Assembly (NCBI GenBank): GCA_050250935.1
Contig: JBFWNS010000003.1
Location: 1 to 64,000, forward strand
Length of the DNA: 64,000 nucleotides
Direction of reading: 5' to 3'
Origin: Candidatus Margulisiibacteriota bacterium
GTDB lineage: Bacteria; Margulisbacteria; Marinamargulisbacteria; JBFWNS01
Positions within the stretch are counted from its first letter, which is position 1. Each line of letters starts with the position of its first letter. Under the pieces are notes generated by a model, which was not told where the DNA came from, ran no database searches, and saw only the letters and a list, made by a program, of their open reading frames with translations. The position numbers were made by a program, and so were the translations under genes. Positions 7,490 to 16,992 of the stretch are shown here, piece after piece.

Positions 7490-9736
7490 TCAAACTTCCA
7501 CCGGTATTTGCAACGCAGAGGCAGCACTGTGTGGTGTAGGCTGCGTATTCAAAGCGGATGCGGGTAGGGTTGGGGTGGGGTGCTGAGCGGATTTTTTTCG
7601 CGAACACAAAATAGCGGCTGCAATGATAGCTGCCAGTGTTACCCCACCTAAAATTACAGGAAGGGCAATCACAAAAAACGAATTGTCTTCACAGCCAAAC
7701 GACAAAAGCCGATTGCCATCGACGGGGGTAAACAAGTCGTCGGCTTGATCAAAAGGCGTGTTGGGCAGTTCGATGGTTCGCGGGCCTTGGCCTTCAGTCC
7801 AGAACTGTAGGCGGGTTCCCTGGGGTGTGGCCCAACCGGCAACGTCGACTGGGCTTCCTTCCATCGACGTGATTTGCCAACGCTTGTCGGGTTGTTCGGC
7901 GCTACGCCAGGTCCAACCGCCCGTTGTAAATTGCAAATGCAAGGGGCCGTTGTGAAAAATTGTGGCTGTGGTGTTGGCATAGTTGGCACCCAATCCCAAT
8001 CGAACCAAGGTTGGACAACGGCCAAATTGAAGGGTTTGGTTGACAGGGGCATCGTATAACAGGGTGGCGGATTCTGGGCCTTGAAATGTTCGGACGGGGT
8101 TGTCGGGCATGCCGGAAAAGATGTGTTGGGTTCTACGCTCCAATAGAGAGATTGCATAGACTATGGAAGGCTTACTGTTTTGCCAATCGTTTTGGGTGTG
8201 AAAAATGGTGGGGCTGTTGCTTAGTGCCCTCATATCGATATCGGAGCTGTCGATTAAACGATTTGAAGGTCGGTCTGTGGCCAAGATAGCGACCGGTTCA
8301 TTACGGTCAAAATTGGGGTTAATACCATAGGTAAGTCGTAGAAGTTGAAGATCTAGCGGACGAGGCGTTTCGGGATAGATACGAAGATTCGTGTTGGGAT
8401 CATACTGGGTGGGTCGTGATGAATCATCATAATAGGACATCATGGTTTGGTCGGTGAGTCCGTATAACGGAATTGGGTGATTAAAGCCTAGTGCATGTTC
8501 TATTTCATGCGCAGCCGCCAGCGCATTGTATGTTCCGGGTGCAAAAGAGGTGGCATCGTCAATTAGGGCTCTGTTGAAAAAGACCCGGTTTAATCGTTGA
8601 GATACAAAAGTGTTTGCCAAAGCAGGGTAATCGACCGTGTTGGAAAGTCCAAAGCACAAACTTTCGCGTGTGGGTGTTTCAGCCGGCTGAAAAGAAAGGG
8701 CAATGTGCTCTGAAAACCAACCCAGGACGCCTGAAATTTGTCTTTGCTGTTCGGCAGAAAAGGAAGTTGCACTGGGGTCGTAGATTCTGCAAGCCGAGTC
8801 CATATGGGAGACGTCGAAAGTATAGGTGTAATTTGTTGTGGGAAATGCTGGGTTTCCGCCTACGCGGGTGGCTGTTAACATGCCCAGGCTTTCCATATAT
8901 TCGAGGGTTCTTGGGTCTGGAAAATCGATGCCATCGCGGGGAAAGGCTGCCCAGAGTTTTGGTGCTGTCGACCAAGGACGCAGATCGCCCACTTGAAAAC
9001 CCGTTTCAAAAAGGTGGGTGTTGTCGGCCCCTTTTTCTATCATTTTTTGAACCACTTCGGGGGTCATTTCGGTGGTTTGAAGGGCTTGTTTTAACGGGGT
9101 GGTATCTGCGGGATAGCCGTTGTTTAAATCGGGGTTAAAGTCCAAAATCGTCTGCGCCACTTCGCGGCTGGATTGGCCAATGGCTAGGGTTACCATAGCG
9201 GGTGTTAGGAGGTCTTGGTCTTGGGTTAAAATGTCCCTGACAGCCGTGGCATTGCGATTTCGAATGGCTGTTTCCAGTTCCGAAGAAGAGACAGTTTCCA
9301 CTGTTTTAGGCGGCATTGGTTCAGGAATGGGGGCGTGGTGGGATGCTACAGCGCTGTGATCAGCTGGTGGAGAGTATCCTTCGATCGGAAATCCGTGGGG
9401 CATCGGTGGCGTGGTTACAAGCGATGGCGTCTCTATGTGGCCGTTCTGAAACGGAATAGTCAAAGGTCCACCGGGGGTGTTGGCCAGTAGCCCGCCTTTT
9501 CCCAAAGACGTGCCCACCGCCGATAGCGACGCATAAATTAAATAAGCCGTCGCCGCGGCTGCAGACCCACCCAATAAAGCAAGCGCTGCTGTTGAAGCGG
9601 TGGGGTTGACCCTGTTTCTGCCTGTTGCTCTGGCAGAATGGTTTGGGGTTTTAGGTGGCCTTGATGGCCGGATTGTTTGGGCTTCTTCGCCAATCCTTTT
9701 GTGGTGATTTGCAGCAAGTTGGTTTACGAGTCTCAT
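7490..9736 (-). CDS. Ankyrin-like repeat plus M10/serralysin-like metzincin protease with C-terminal TM (paralog A)
   Basis: TPLKQAL..EVVQKMIEKGAD ankyrin-like segment; HEIEHALGFNHP zinc motif; Met-turn TMMSY; PLDLQLLRLTYG; TM followed by CSRKK. Confidence 0.8.
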   Translation of the reverse strand: MRLVNQLAANHHKRIGEEAQTIRPSRPPKTPNHSARATGRNRVNPTASTAALALLGGSAAAATAYLIYASLSAVGTSLGKGGLLANTPGGPLTIPFQNGHIETPSLVTTPPMPHGFPIEGYSPPADHSAVASHHAPIPEPMPPKTVETVSSSELETAIRNRNATAVRDILTQDQDLLTPAMVTLAIGQSSREVAQTILDFNPDLNNGYPADTTPLKQALQTTEMTPEVVQKMIEKGADNTHLFETGFQVGDLRPWSTAPKLWAAFPRDGIDFPDPRTLEYMESLGMLTATRVGGNPAFPTTNYTYTFDVSHMDSACRIYDPSATSFSAEQQRQISGVLGWFSEHIALSFQPAETPTRESLCFGLSNTVDYPALANTFVSQRLNRVFFNRALIDDATSFAPGTYNALAAAHEIEHALGFNHPIPLYGLTDQTMMSYYDDSSRPTQYDPNTNLRIYPETPRPLDLQLLRLTYGINPNFDRNEPVAILATDRPSNRLIDSSDIDMRALSNSPTIFHTQNDWQNSKPSIVYAISLLERRTQHIFSGMPDNPVRTFQGPESATLLYDAPVNQTLQFGRCPTLVRLGLGANYANTTATIFHNGPLHLQFTTGGWTWRSAEQPDKRWQITSMEGSPVDVAGWATPQGTRLQFWTEGQGPRTIELPNTPFDQADDLFTPVDGNRLLSFGCEDNSFFVIALPVILGGVTLAAIIAAAILCSRKKSAQHPTPTLPASALNTQPTPHSAASALQIPVEV
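9446..9736 (-). repeat. 291-bp 5' module, copy 1 of 2
   Basis: Near-identical to 11942-12232 and of equal length. Confidence 0.9.
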
Positions 9737-9742
9737 GATGTT

Positions 9743-12232
9743 TTATACTTGGCTTGATCCTTGTTCTGGGATTGTATCGTCTTCGGTTCTATCGGTTAGG
9801 GATCCATCGGATAAGGCAGTAGGTTTTGTGATTATTGTTCCATCGTTGCCACTGTTTGTAGGGCTCTCGGCTTGTGTTTTAGTTGCTTCGTTTTCATTGT
9901 CGTTATCCGAAGCAGAGGTAAGGGTTCTTAGGGCAATATCTACCGGCGCATATGCAGTTTTGGGTTTGCAAGCGCGACATACGATGATGGTAATCACGAT
10001 TCCCAAAAGGGCCACGCCAGACAGTGCAAGGGGTAGGGCAATGTTTAGTATATCGGTGTCTATATCAGTGTCTGATGGATTCGATGGTTCTGAAGGCGTG
10101 CAAGGGAGTTGATAAAAATCCAGGGTATTTCCGATGCCCCTAAATAATGAATCGGCATTTTCGAAAGAAATGTTTGGCAATGCAATCGAACGGAAGCCAG
10201 AGGGACTAACTTGAATTTGAAGGGTTGTTCCGGGGTGGCCTGGCCATCCTGCAATTTCGACTGAAAAGCCTTCTGTTGAATTGATGGTCCACAGTTTTAC
10301 GGGTGTGCTGCCTTCCCAAGGGTGGGCAGCTCCCAAAACTTCCAAGTGCAGTTGAGACCCATAGAGGGTATCGAGAGTTTGGTTGTGTTCTGGACCGATT
10401 CCCAGTCTGACCAGTGCGGGACACCCAAATGAAAAGGTTTGGTTTACTGGGGCATCGTGAACAATGGCTGGTGCAGAAGGCCCTATCAAGTTCGTTACGG
10501 GGTTGTCTGGCATTCCCGAAACACTTTGACGCGTGTATGCGTAAGGATCCACCCCGCGAGTTACTCCGATCACGTTGGAGGCCTTGCTATTTTCCCAGTT
10601 GTTTTGTGTATGCCAGAGGACGGGGTCAGTGAGTCCGCTTAAATTTAGTCTAGAGCTGTCTATTAATTCATCGGATCCATAGTTGTCTATCACGTTGACC
10701 TCGCGGTTTCGATCGATTGGTCCAAGCCCAAACCATTGCCTAAAAATCAAAAGATCAGCAGGTCGAAGGGTTGATGGAAAATAAAATTGAGGGATATTGT
10801 AGTAGCCCATGACGGTTGCCCGGTTTTCGTTGTAAAGATCTCTAGGGTGTGTTAATGCTGGAAATTGGTGCCCCATTTCATGGAAGCAGGCCAAGTAGTT
10901 GAACTCTCCTGGCCTAAAAGTGCTGTTTAAATCGATTTTTTCAGGATTAAAAAAAATTCTGCTTCTGCCACTCTGGGTTGTGTAGTCAATCGGGAATTGG
11001 GCCTCTGCTAGGGCATAGGATGGTGTTTTTCCAATTCCCCAGCATAGGCGGGCGTCGCTTGCTGTGTCGGTCTCAAGGAAAGATAATCCAGTATGGTTTC
11101 CAATCCATTGCATGGTTAATCTTATGCCAGCTTGTTGATCGGGACTGAATGATTGGGCGTTGGTGTCGTATTCTTGACAGGGAGAGCCATCGCTTGTTGC
11201 ATCAAAGGTATAAGGGACGATGGTTTGGTCCGACCGAATTGGAACACCAAGGTTTGAAAGCGTTCCCAACGTTCTTAAATAGTTCAAGGTTTCTGCATCT
11301 GGAAAAGGTACGCCTGTCCTTGGAAAAACAGTCCAAAGGCCCAGTGTATCGACGCGCAATTGCAGGCCATTTTCAAAAATATCGCTCTTATCGGCCCCAA
11401 GTTCAATCATACGGCGTATAATCTCGGTTGGTAAATTAAAGTAGAGGGCCGTTTCCAGCGGTGGGGGGTCTAGGCTTTCATGATCGTTAACATTTAAGTT
11501 TAAGTCTAGCAGGGTTGAAACAATCTCTGGGTTCGAAACCCAAAGGGCAAAATTCAAGGTGTTTTTTTCTACAAGTTCAGGATGCTCGGTTACAAGCGTT
11601 CTAACCCCTTGTGCATCTTTAACTAGTATAGCCATTTTTAGAGGTGACTCGCTAATCTCTGGCAGTGAAAATCCAGATCGAGGCGAAGGATTGTGGGGAT
11701 GAAAAACATCGTCGATGGGACCCGTTTCTTCCCAACTTCGGCCTGGAGGAATCGTTTTTGTGTTTAATTCGGTGGTTGGTCGATCCACTGGAAGCGTTAA
11801 AGCGGCTCTTGTGGGTTTTGGGGTTCTTGTTGGTGGTGGGGGGACTTTTGCGTGGCCCCTAGGGTTTGTTGCTAATCTGGTTGCATTTTGATCGAACAGA
11901 TCTAAGGGATTGGGTTGATGGGTTAATAACGCGGCGGGATCCTGAAACGGAATAGCCAAAGGTCCACCGGGAGTGTTGGCCACTAGCTCCCCTTTTCCCA
12001 AAGACGTGCCCACCGCCGATAGCGACGCATAAATCAAATAAACTGTTGCCGCGGCCGCAGATCCGCCCAATAAAGCAAGCGCTGCTGTTGAAGCGGTGGG
12101 GTGGACCCTGTTTCCACCTGTTGCTCTGCCAGGATGGGTTGGGGCTTTGGGTGGCTTTGATGGCCGGATTGTTTGGGCTTCTTCGCCAATCCTTCTGTGG
12201 TGATTCGCAGCAAGTTGGTTTTCGAGTCTCAA
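9743..12232 (-). CDS. Ankyrin-like repeat plus metzincin protease with C-terminal TM (paralog B)
   Basis: TTG start after AAGGGGA; PPLETAL..EIIRRMIELGAD; HEMGHQFPALTHP; Met-turn TVMGY; TM followed by CRACKPK. Confidence 0.8.
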   Translation of the reverse strand: MRLENQLAANHHRRIGEEAQTIRPSKPPKAPTHPGRATGGNRVHPTASTAALALLGGSAAAATVYLIYASLSAVGTSLGKGELVANTPGGPLAIPFQDPAALLTHQPNPLDLFDQNATRLATNPRGHAKVPPPPTRTPKPTRAALTLPVDRPTTELNTKTIPPGRSWEETGPIDDVFHPHNPSPRSGFSLPEISESPLKMAILVKDAQGVRTLVTEHPELVEKNTLNFALWVSNPEIVSTLLDLNLNVNDHESLDPPPLETALYFNLPTEIIRRMIELGADKSDIFENGLQLRVDTLGLWTVFPRTGVPFPDAETLNYLRTLGTLSNLGVPIRSDQTIVPYTFDATSDGSPCQEYDTNAQSFSPDQQAGIRLTMQWIGNHTGLSFLETDTASDARLCWGIGKTPSYALAEAQFPIDYTTQSGRSRIFFNPEKIDLNSTFRPGEFNYLACFHEMGHQFPALTHPRDLYNENRATVMGYYNIPQFYFPSTLRPADLLIFRQWFGLGPIDRNREVNVIDNYGSDELIDSSRLNLSGLTDPVLWHTQNNWENSKASNVIGVTRGVDPYAYTRQSVSGMPDNPVTNLIGPSAPAIVHDAPVNQTFSFGCPALVRLGIGPEHNQTLDTLYGSQLHLEVLGAAHPWEGSTPVKLWTINSTEGFSVEIAGWPGHPGTTLQIQVSPSGFRSIALPNISFENADSLFRGIGNTLDFYQLPCTPSEPSNPSDTDIDTDILNIALPLALSGVALLGIVITIIVCRACKPKTAYAPVDIALRTLTSASDNDNENEATKTQAESPTNSGNDGTIITKPTALSDGSLTDRTEDDTIPEQGSSQV
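11942..12232 (-). repeat. 291-bp 5' module, copy 2 of 2
   Basis: Near-identical to 9446-9736. Confidence 0.9.
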
Positions 12233-12273
12233 GTGGGTCCCCTTGGTTTTGGTTGATTAAAGGCTCTTTTATT

Positions 12274-12300
12274 TTTTCGAGTGATCTTGGAAAAAATTTC
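12274..12300 (-). promoter_or_regulatory. Putative sigma28-like promoter of the protease pair
   Basis: GAAATTTT-N11-CTCGAAAA, same spacing as the 4266 and 7434 motifs. Confidence 0.35.
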
Positions 12301-12396
12301 ATTTATTTGTTTTTTTGAAAAAGAAAATTTTTAATCCCATTTCAAAATAATTAACTTCTTGTTTTTTTTGGTTCCCACCTTGTACTATTTTGAGCC

Positions 12397-12978
12397 ATGA
12401 AAAAACTTGTTTCTGTTTCTAGTTCGCATCGTACTTTGCTTAGATTTCCAAGTTCAGTCAGCGAACTTAAACAGGCCGGACAAGCCGTTCATGACGAATT
12501 AAACGGCTTTTCTGCTAAGGCGCTTTTTTACCCGCTTTTTTTGCTTTATGTGGTGAAGGTTCAAAAACAACCCTTTAAAGAAGCACTAAAGGCGATGTTA
12601 TTGCCTGTTGTGGGCGAACAGATTGCGCGGTTTATTTTGGGACATATCTTGATCGCCTTAAAGGGCGGGAATACAACCCAAGAAATCGAAGATCAAAACG
12701 CGAAAAAGATTTATTGGGGGATTAAAACGGGTTGGAAATTGTGGCGTCACACCACGTCGGTCATGTCTTCGATTGCGGTGGGGATGGGCGTTTCGAGACT
12801 GGCCGAAAAATGGGGTCTTTCGGAAAAACTCCGAAAATTGGTTTCGGGTTTTGTTTATCATGTTTTGAACCGGATTTTCGAGCCTTTGTTGGAAAAATGG
12901 TCGTTGGGGATGTTGCTTAAAATACTCGTTATGGGGCCTAAGAAAGCGATTGGTCTTCATCGTTCTAAGCAGGGTTAA
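12397..12978 (+). CDS. Hypothetical basic, partly hydrophobic protein
   Basis: 193-aa ORF; no recognised family. Confidence 0.6.
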   Translation: MKKLVSVSSSHRTLLRFPSSVSELKQAGQAVHDELNGFSAKALFYPLFLLYVVKVQKQPFKEALKAMLLPVVGEQIARFILGHILIALKGGNTTQEIEDQNAKKIYWGIKTGWKLWRHTTSVMSSIAVGMGVSRLAEKWGLSEKLRKLVSGFVYHVLNRIFEPLLEKWSLGMLLKILVMGPKKAIGLHRSKQG

Positions 12979-13003
12979 GGGGGTATTTCGGCATCAAATC
13001 GCC

Positions 13004-13031
13004 TTGCAAAGTTCCAGAAGATCCGTATAAT
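13004..13031 (+). promoter_or_regulatory. Sigma70-type promoter of the leuA leader
   Basis: TTGCAA-N16-TATAAT. Confidence 0.6.
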
Positions 13032-13041
13032 CAAAAACAAG

Positions 13042-13110
13042 ATGTGTTCTTTTACTTCGTTTTTACCTCTCTTTTCTTCTCTTTTCCTTCTCCTCCCCAC
13101 CGGGGAGTAA
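13042..13110 (+). CDS. Leu-rich leader peptide upstream of leuA
   Basis: MCSFTSFLPLFSSLFLLLPTGE*, with 6 Leu in 22 aa including LLL. Confidence 0.7.
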   Translation: MCSFTSFLPLFSSLFLLLPTGE

Positions 13111-13240
13111 TACTGTTATTTAATTTCTTATGTTAAAAATATGTTTGTAAAAGCCCCTGCGGGAGAGGAATTTGAATTCATTTCAAATTTCGACCCACAA
13201 AACTTATGGTTTTGTGATTACAAAAAAGAAGGAATTTTGT

Positions 13241-14782
13241 ATGTCTGACATCATTAAAATTTTTGATACGACTTTGCGTGACGGCGAACAATCGCCGGGT
13301 TGTTCGATGAACAAAGAAGAAAAATTGGAAATCGCCTACCAATTGGAACGCTTGAATGTGGATGTGATCGAGGCTGGTTTTGCCATCAGCTCCAAAGGCG
13401 ACTTTGATTCGATTGCCTTGATTGCCGAAAAAATCAAAACCCCCATCATTTGCAGTTTGGCTCGGGCCATTCCCAAAGACATTGAAGCGGCTGCTGCGGC
13501 CATTGAAAAGGCCAAAAACAAGCGCATCCACACCTTTATTGCCACGTCTCCCATTCACATGGAGCATAAATTGAAAATGCATCCGGATGCCGTGTTGGAC
13601 ATGGCGGTTTCGGCGGTGAAATTGGCCAAAAGCTTTGTGAACGATGTTGAGTTTTCTTGCGAAGATGCGGGTCGTTCGGACCGGGACTTTTTGGTGCGGG
13701 TCTTAACCGAAGTCATCAAAGCTGGGGCTACGGTGGTGAATATTCCCGATACTGTGGGTTACCAGACCCCCGAGCAATTTGGGGCCTTGATTCGGTTTTT
13801 AAAAGAAACAGTGCCGGGCATCGATAAAACCGATATTTCGGTTCATTGTCACAACGATTTGGGCTTGGCCACGGCCAATGCCTTGGCAGGGGTTTTAAAC
13901 GGGGCCACGCAAATAGAATGTACCATTAATGGCATCGGCGAACGGGCAGGTAACACGGCTTTGGAAGAGGTTGTGATGGCCTTAAAAACCCGTCACGAGG
14001 CTTATGGTCAGGCCAAAACCAACATCATTACCCCCGAAATTATGAAAACTTCGCGTTTGGTGACCAGCATTACTGGCTCTACGGTTCAGGCCAACAAGGC
14101 CATTGTGGGGGCGAATGCCTTTGCCCACGAGTCTGGGATTCACCAAGACGGGATGTTAAAACACCGTCGCACCTACGAAATTATGGACGCCGAAATGATT
14201 GGCTTACGCGACACGAATTTGGTGTTGGGCAAACATTCTGGCCGCCATGCGTTTACCGATAAATTAAAAGAATTGGGCTTTGAATTGAGTAAACCCGAAA
14301 TCGACAAAGCCTTTGAACGCTTTAAAGCCTTGGCCGACCAGAAAAAAGACGTCTCGGATAAAGACTTGCATTCGATTGTCTCGGACGAGGTGTTCCATGC
14401 CCCCGAAATTTACAAATTGCACTATTTGCAAATTATCGCCGGCAACACCACACGCCCAACGGCTGTGATTCAGTTGGACAAGGGCGGCGAGATTATCGAA
14501 GGGGCTTACACCGGGGCTGGTCCCGTGGATGCCTTGTATAAGGGCATTGAAACCATGATTGGGGAACCGATTAATTTGGTGGATTTTTCGATTCATTCGG
14601 TGACCGGTGGGACCGATGCCTTGGGGGAGGTCACGGTTCGCATTCGGGATGGGGAGTCGATTTTTACAGGTCGTGGCTCGGCGTTGGATGTGTTGGTGGC
14701 TTCGGCCAAAGCCTATGTGGCGGCGGTGAATAAGATGTTGGGAGCACGGGGGACTACTCGGATTAATCCTCAGGGGGTTTAA
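13241..14782 (+). CDS. leuA: 2-isopropylmalate synthase
   Basis: FDTTLRDGEQSPG, HCHNDLG, GERAGN, HESGIHQDG and C-terminal regulatory domain; SD AGAAGGA before ATG 13241. Confidence 0.97.
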   Translation: MSDIIKIFDTTLRDGEQSPGCSMNKEEKLEIAYQLERLNVDVIEAGFAISSKGDFDSIALIAEKIKTPIICSLARAIPKDIEAAAAAIEKAKNKRIHTFIATSPIHMEHKLKMHPDAVLDMAVSAVKLAKSFVNDVEFSCEDAGRSDRDFLVRVLTEVIKAGATVVNIPDTVGYQTPEQFGALIRFLKETVPGIDKTDISVHCHNDLGLATANALAGVLNGATQIECTINGIGERAGNTALEEVVMALKTRHEAYGQAKTNIITPEIMKTSRLVTSITGSTVQANKAIVGANAFAHESGIHQDGMLKHRRTYEIMDAEMIGLRDTNLVLGKHSGRHAFTDKLKELGFELSKPEIDKAFERFKALADQKKDVSDKDLHSIVSDEVFHAPEIYKLHYLQIIAGNTTRPTAVIQLDKGGEIIEGAYTGAGPVDALYKGIETMIGEPINLVDFSIHSVTGGTDALGEVTVRIRDGESIFTGRGSALDVLVASAKAYVAAVNKMLGARGTTRINPQGV

Positions 14783-14787
14783 CACTT

Positions 14788-14963
14788 TTTAACACTGAAC
14801 GCCCAAAGGGGAACCACGCTCAAGGCCGCGAGGTCCCCCCTTGGATCCCCCTCCTATGGCTTGACGCTCAAAACTCGCCCGCTCAGCCTCTGGCTGAGAC
14901 GGTGCTTCGGACATTTCGCTGATAAGGATCCCCACCCCCGGCCCCTCCCGGTGGGAGGGGGGA
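14788..14963 (+). repeat. Structured dispersed repeat (REP/MITE-like or ncRNA), copy 1
   Basis: Collinear with 30845-31014; three GC-rich hairpins. Confidence 0.85.
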
Positions 14964-14980
14964 GGATGTATACTGAGCCC

Positions 14981-16102
14981 ATGCTAAAAAAACAACTTTT
15001 AGGGCTTTTGATTTTGGGGGCTTTGATTGCGGGGTTGTGGGTTTGGAAGGGGGATGGGGATTCGAAATGGGTGGTGCCCAAGGTGACGGTTATTCGCATT
15101 GAAGATGCCCGCTTGCAAGGGCCTGTTGTTTTGGTTCGTCATCAAGGCGAATGGCGTTTGACGGGCAGGGGCTTTTCGGAGCGCGGGGTTACTTTGAATC
15201 AAACAGCTGTAAGTCAGTGGATTAACCAGTTGGGATACGCCAAGCCCTTAAGTGTTTTTAAAGCACCTTCAAGCACAGGGTTTGGGTTGGAGCATCCGGT
15301 TCGAATCATCACCTTTGAGGGGAAAAAGAAGGGATTTCGGGTTTTGGTCGGCGCCAAGACCCTGGATGGTGGGGCCCGCTATATTGGGTTTGGCAATCGG
15401 GTGGGGACTGTGGATCCGTTTTTGGAAGAGGATTTGTTGAAGAATCCCCTGGTGTTGCGAGAAGACCGGTTGGTGACTGCGTCTGCCGAGTCGGTTCAAC
15501 GAATTGAGATTGTAACCCAGGGTCGTACAGTTGCTTTGGAACGGTGGGGCGGTGGCTGGTTGATTTGTCGCTCGGGTCGGGTGACAGGGGTTGCCGAACC
15601 CCAAACCGTGACCGACTTTTTAACCGTGGTTCAGGCCCAGCGTCTGCAAACCTTCGAGGGCCCTGTGGTTTCCCCAGCGGTGACGGTTCGGTTGTTGGGT
15701 TCTGCGGCGTCTATAACCATCACCTATGCGGTGTCCGGCAAAACGGTGTTTGCTGGAACACAACATGCTGGATGGGGGATTGTGCCCGATGGTGTGCTTC
15801 GGTTTTTGAGCCTACCCCAAGAAGCTTGGCAAGCCGCCAATCCCATGGCCATTCTAGACCGATTTGCCCTGACCGAGGTGACGATTGGTGTGCCAGGTCA
15901 GACTCAAAAAAGCCAACACTATCACAAACAAACCAATGGAAAATGGGTGGACGATACGGGCCGAGATGTGACGATTTTAATGCACAATTGGAGCAGCCGA
16001 TTGGCCGAAGGGGTTCCCCTTCAATTCCAAACCATCACCGCCAAATCTCGGGGTAAGACCCTTCGGTTCGAAAACCGGGGTGGGGTTGTGGGGGTGTATT
16101 AA
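14981..16102 (+). CDS. DUF4340-like membrane-anchored protein
   Basis: N-terminal TM; FGLEHP..VLVGAKT..GARY; LREDRL; internal duplication. The longer ORF start lies inside the repeat. Confidence 0.65.
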   Translation: MLKKQLLGLLILGALIAGLWVWKGDGDSKWVVPKVTVIRIEDARLQGPVVLVRHQGEWRLTGRGFSERGVTLNQTAVSQWINQLGYAKPLSVFKAPSSTGFGLEHPVRIITFEGKKKGFRVLVGAKTLDGGARYIGFGNRVGTVDPFLEEDLLKNPLVLREDRLVTASAESVQRIEIVTQGRTVALERWGGGWLICRSGRVTGVAEPQTVTDFLTVVQAQRLQTFEGPVVSPAVTVRLLGSAASITITYAVSGKTVFAGTQHAGWGIVPDGVLRFLSLPQEAWQAANPMAILDRFALTEVTIGVPGQTQKSQHYHKQTNGKWVDDTGRDVTILMHNWSSRLAEGVPLQFQTITAKSRGKTLRFENRGGVVGVY

Positions 16103-16113
16103 GGGCTTGGTTT

Positions 16114-16935
16114 CTATCCTACCTGAAGCACTGCAGGAGACCAAGTTATTGGGTGTTTAATCGATGGGGTATCTGGATGTTCTATTAAGGTAAGTCTTCT
16201 TTTAGCATCGGCTACGAGTGTTTGTATATCGGTTGATTTATTTGATCGGAGACTGTCGGCAAGTTCTTGAATCAGTGCTGAGGTGCGCATCTCTGTTATT
16301 TCAGCAAAGAGTTGACGAAATGAGCTGCTGTTGTTGATATGATGAAAGATTGTAATGATGTTGGTACGTGTGAGGTTCGAATCTTCTGGGCGTATTTGTT
16401 TAGACAATACTTTGGGCAGTGCCGAAATTTCTGTTAATGCTAGAGTGCTTATGGCTTCGATCACCAAATGCCGATCTTCTACGGGAGCCTCTTTTAGGGC
16501 GGTTTCGGCTGCCTTGCAAACGCCTACTCGGCGTTTATCACTTAGGCTAAGGACTGTATCTAAAAGCTTGGTGCTTAGATGGGTTTCTGGTTTGTGCACG
16601 TTTCGCAGTGCATTTCTAAGATCATCAGCCATTTGAATATCTATTATTGGCGATCTATCCCTAAAAACTTTTAAGAAGGCTATGACAGGTGCAAAGGCAT
16701 AGGGTTGAGGAAAAAATTCGCTAAGAATGGTTCGGATAAGGTTAAGGGAAGTTTCAGGGATTGATGAGATGACTTCTCGGATCGCTTCTCGCTGATCGTC
16801 GGGAATAACGTTGGTGTAAATTCCATTAAAAAACTGATTTAGGTCTGGGGCTTTTGAAACTTGGGTGTCGTATCCGAGATCGGGAGGTGTTTGTGGTGCG
16901 TTTGCTGGGCTTGAAATCCATTTTTTTGAAATCAT
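16114..16935 (-). CDS. Hypothetical helical protein (orphan-like, S/P-rich N-terminus)
   Basis: 273-aa ORF with SD GAAGGAG; AT-richer than its neighbours. Confidence 0.65.
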   Translation of the reverse strand: MISKKWISSPANAPQTPPDLGYDTQVSKAPDLNQFFNGIYTNVIPDDQREAIREVISSIPETSLNLIRTILSEFFPQPYAFAPVIAFLKVFRDRSPIIDIQMADDLRNALRNVHKPETHLSTKLLDTVLSLSDKRRVGVCKAAETALKEAPVEDRHLVIEAISTLALTEISALPKVLSKQIRPEDSNLTRTNIITIFHHINNSSSFRQLFAEITEMRTSALIQELADSLRSNKSTDIQTLVADAKRRLTLIEHPDTPSIKHPITWSPAVLQVG

Positions 16936-16992
16936 AGTGGCTCCTTCACGGTGTCATTTTGAGAGGGACTTACAAAATCTTAAAAGAGGACT

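Noticed and set aside
7429..7527. 33-aa N-terminal extension of the Myb ORF
   Set aside because: It overlaps the upstream protease gene and the putative promoter; ATG 7428 is more plausible.
14861..14980. N-terminal extension of the DUF4340-like ORF
   Set aside because: It is translated repeat sequence; the signal anchor begins at ATG 14981.
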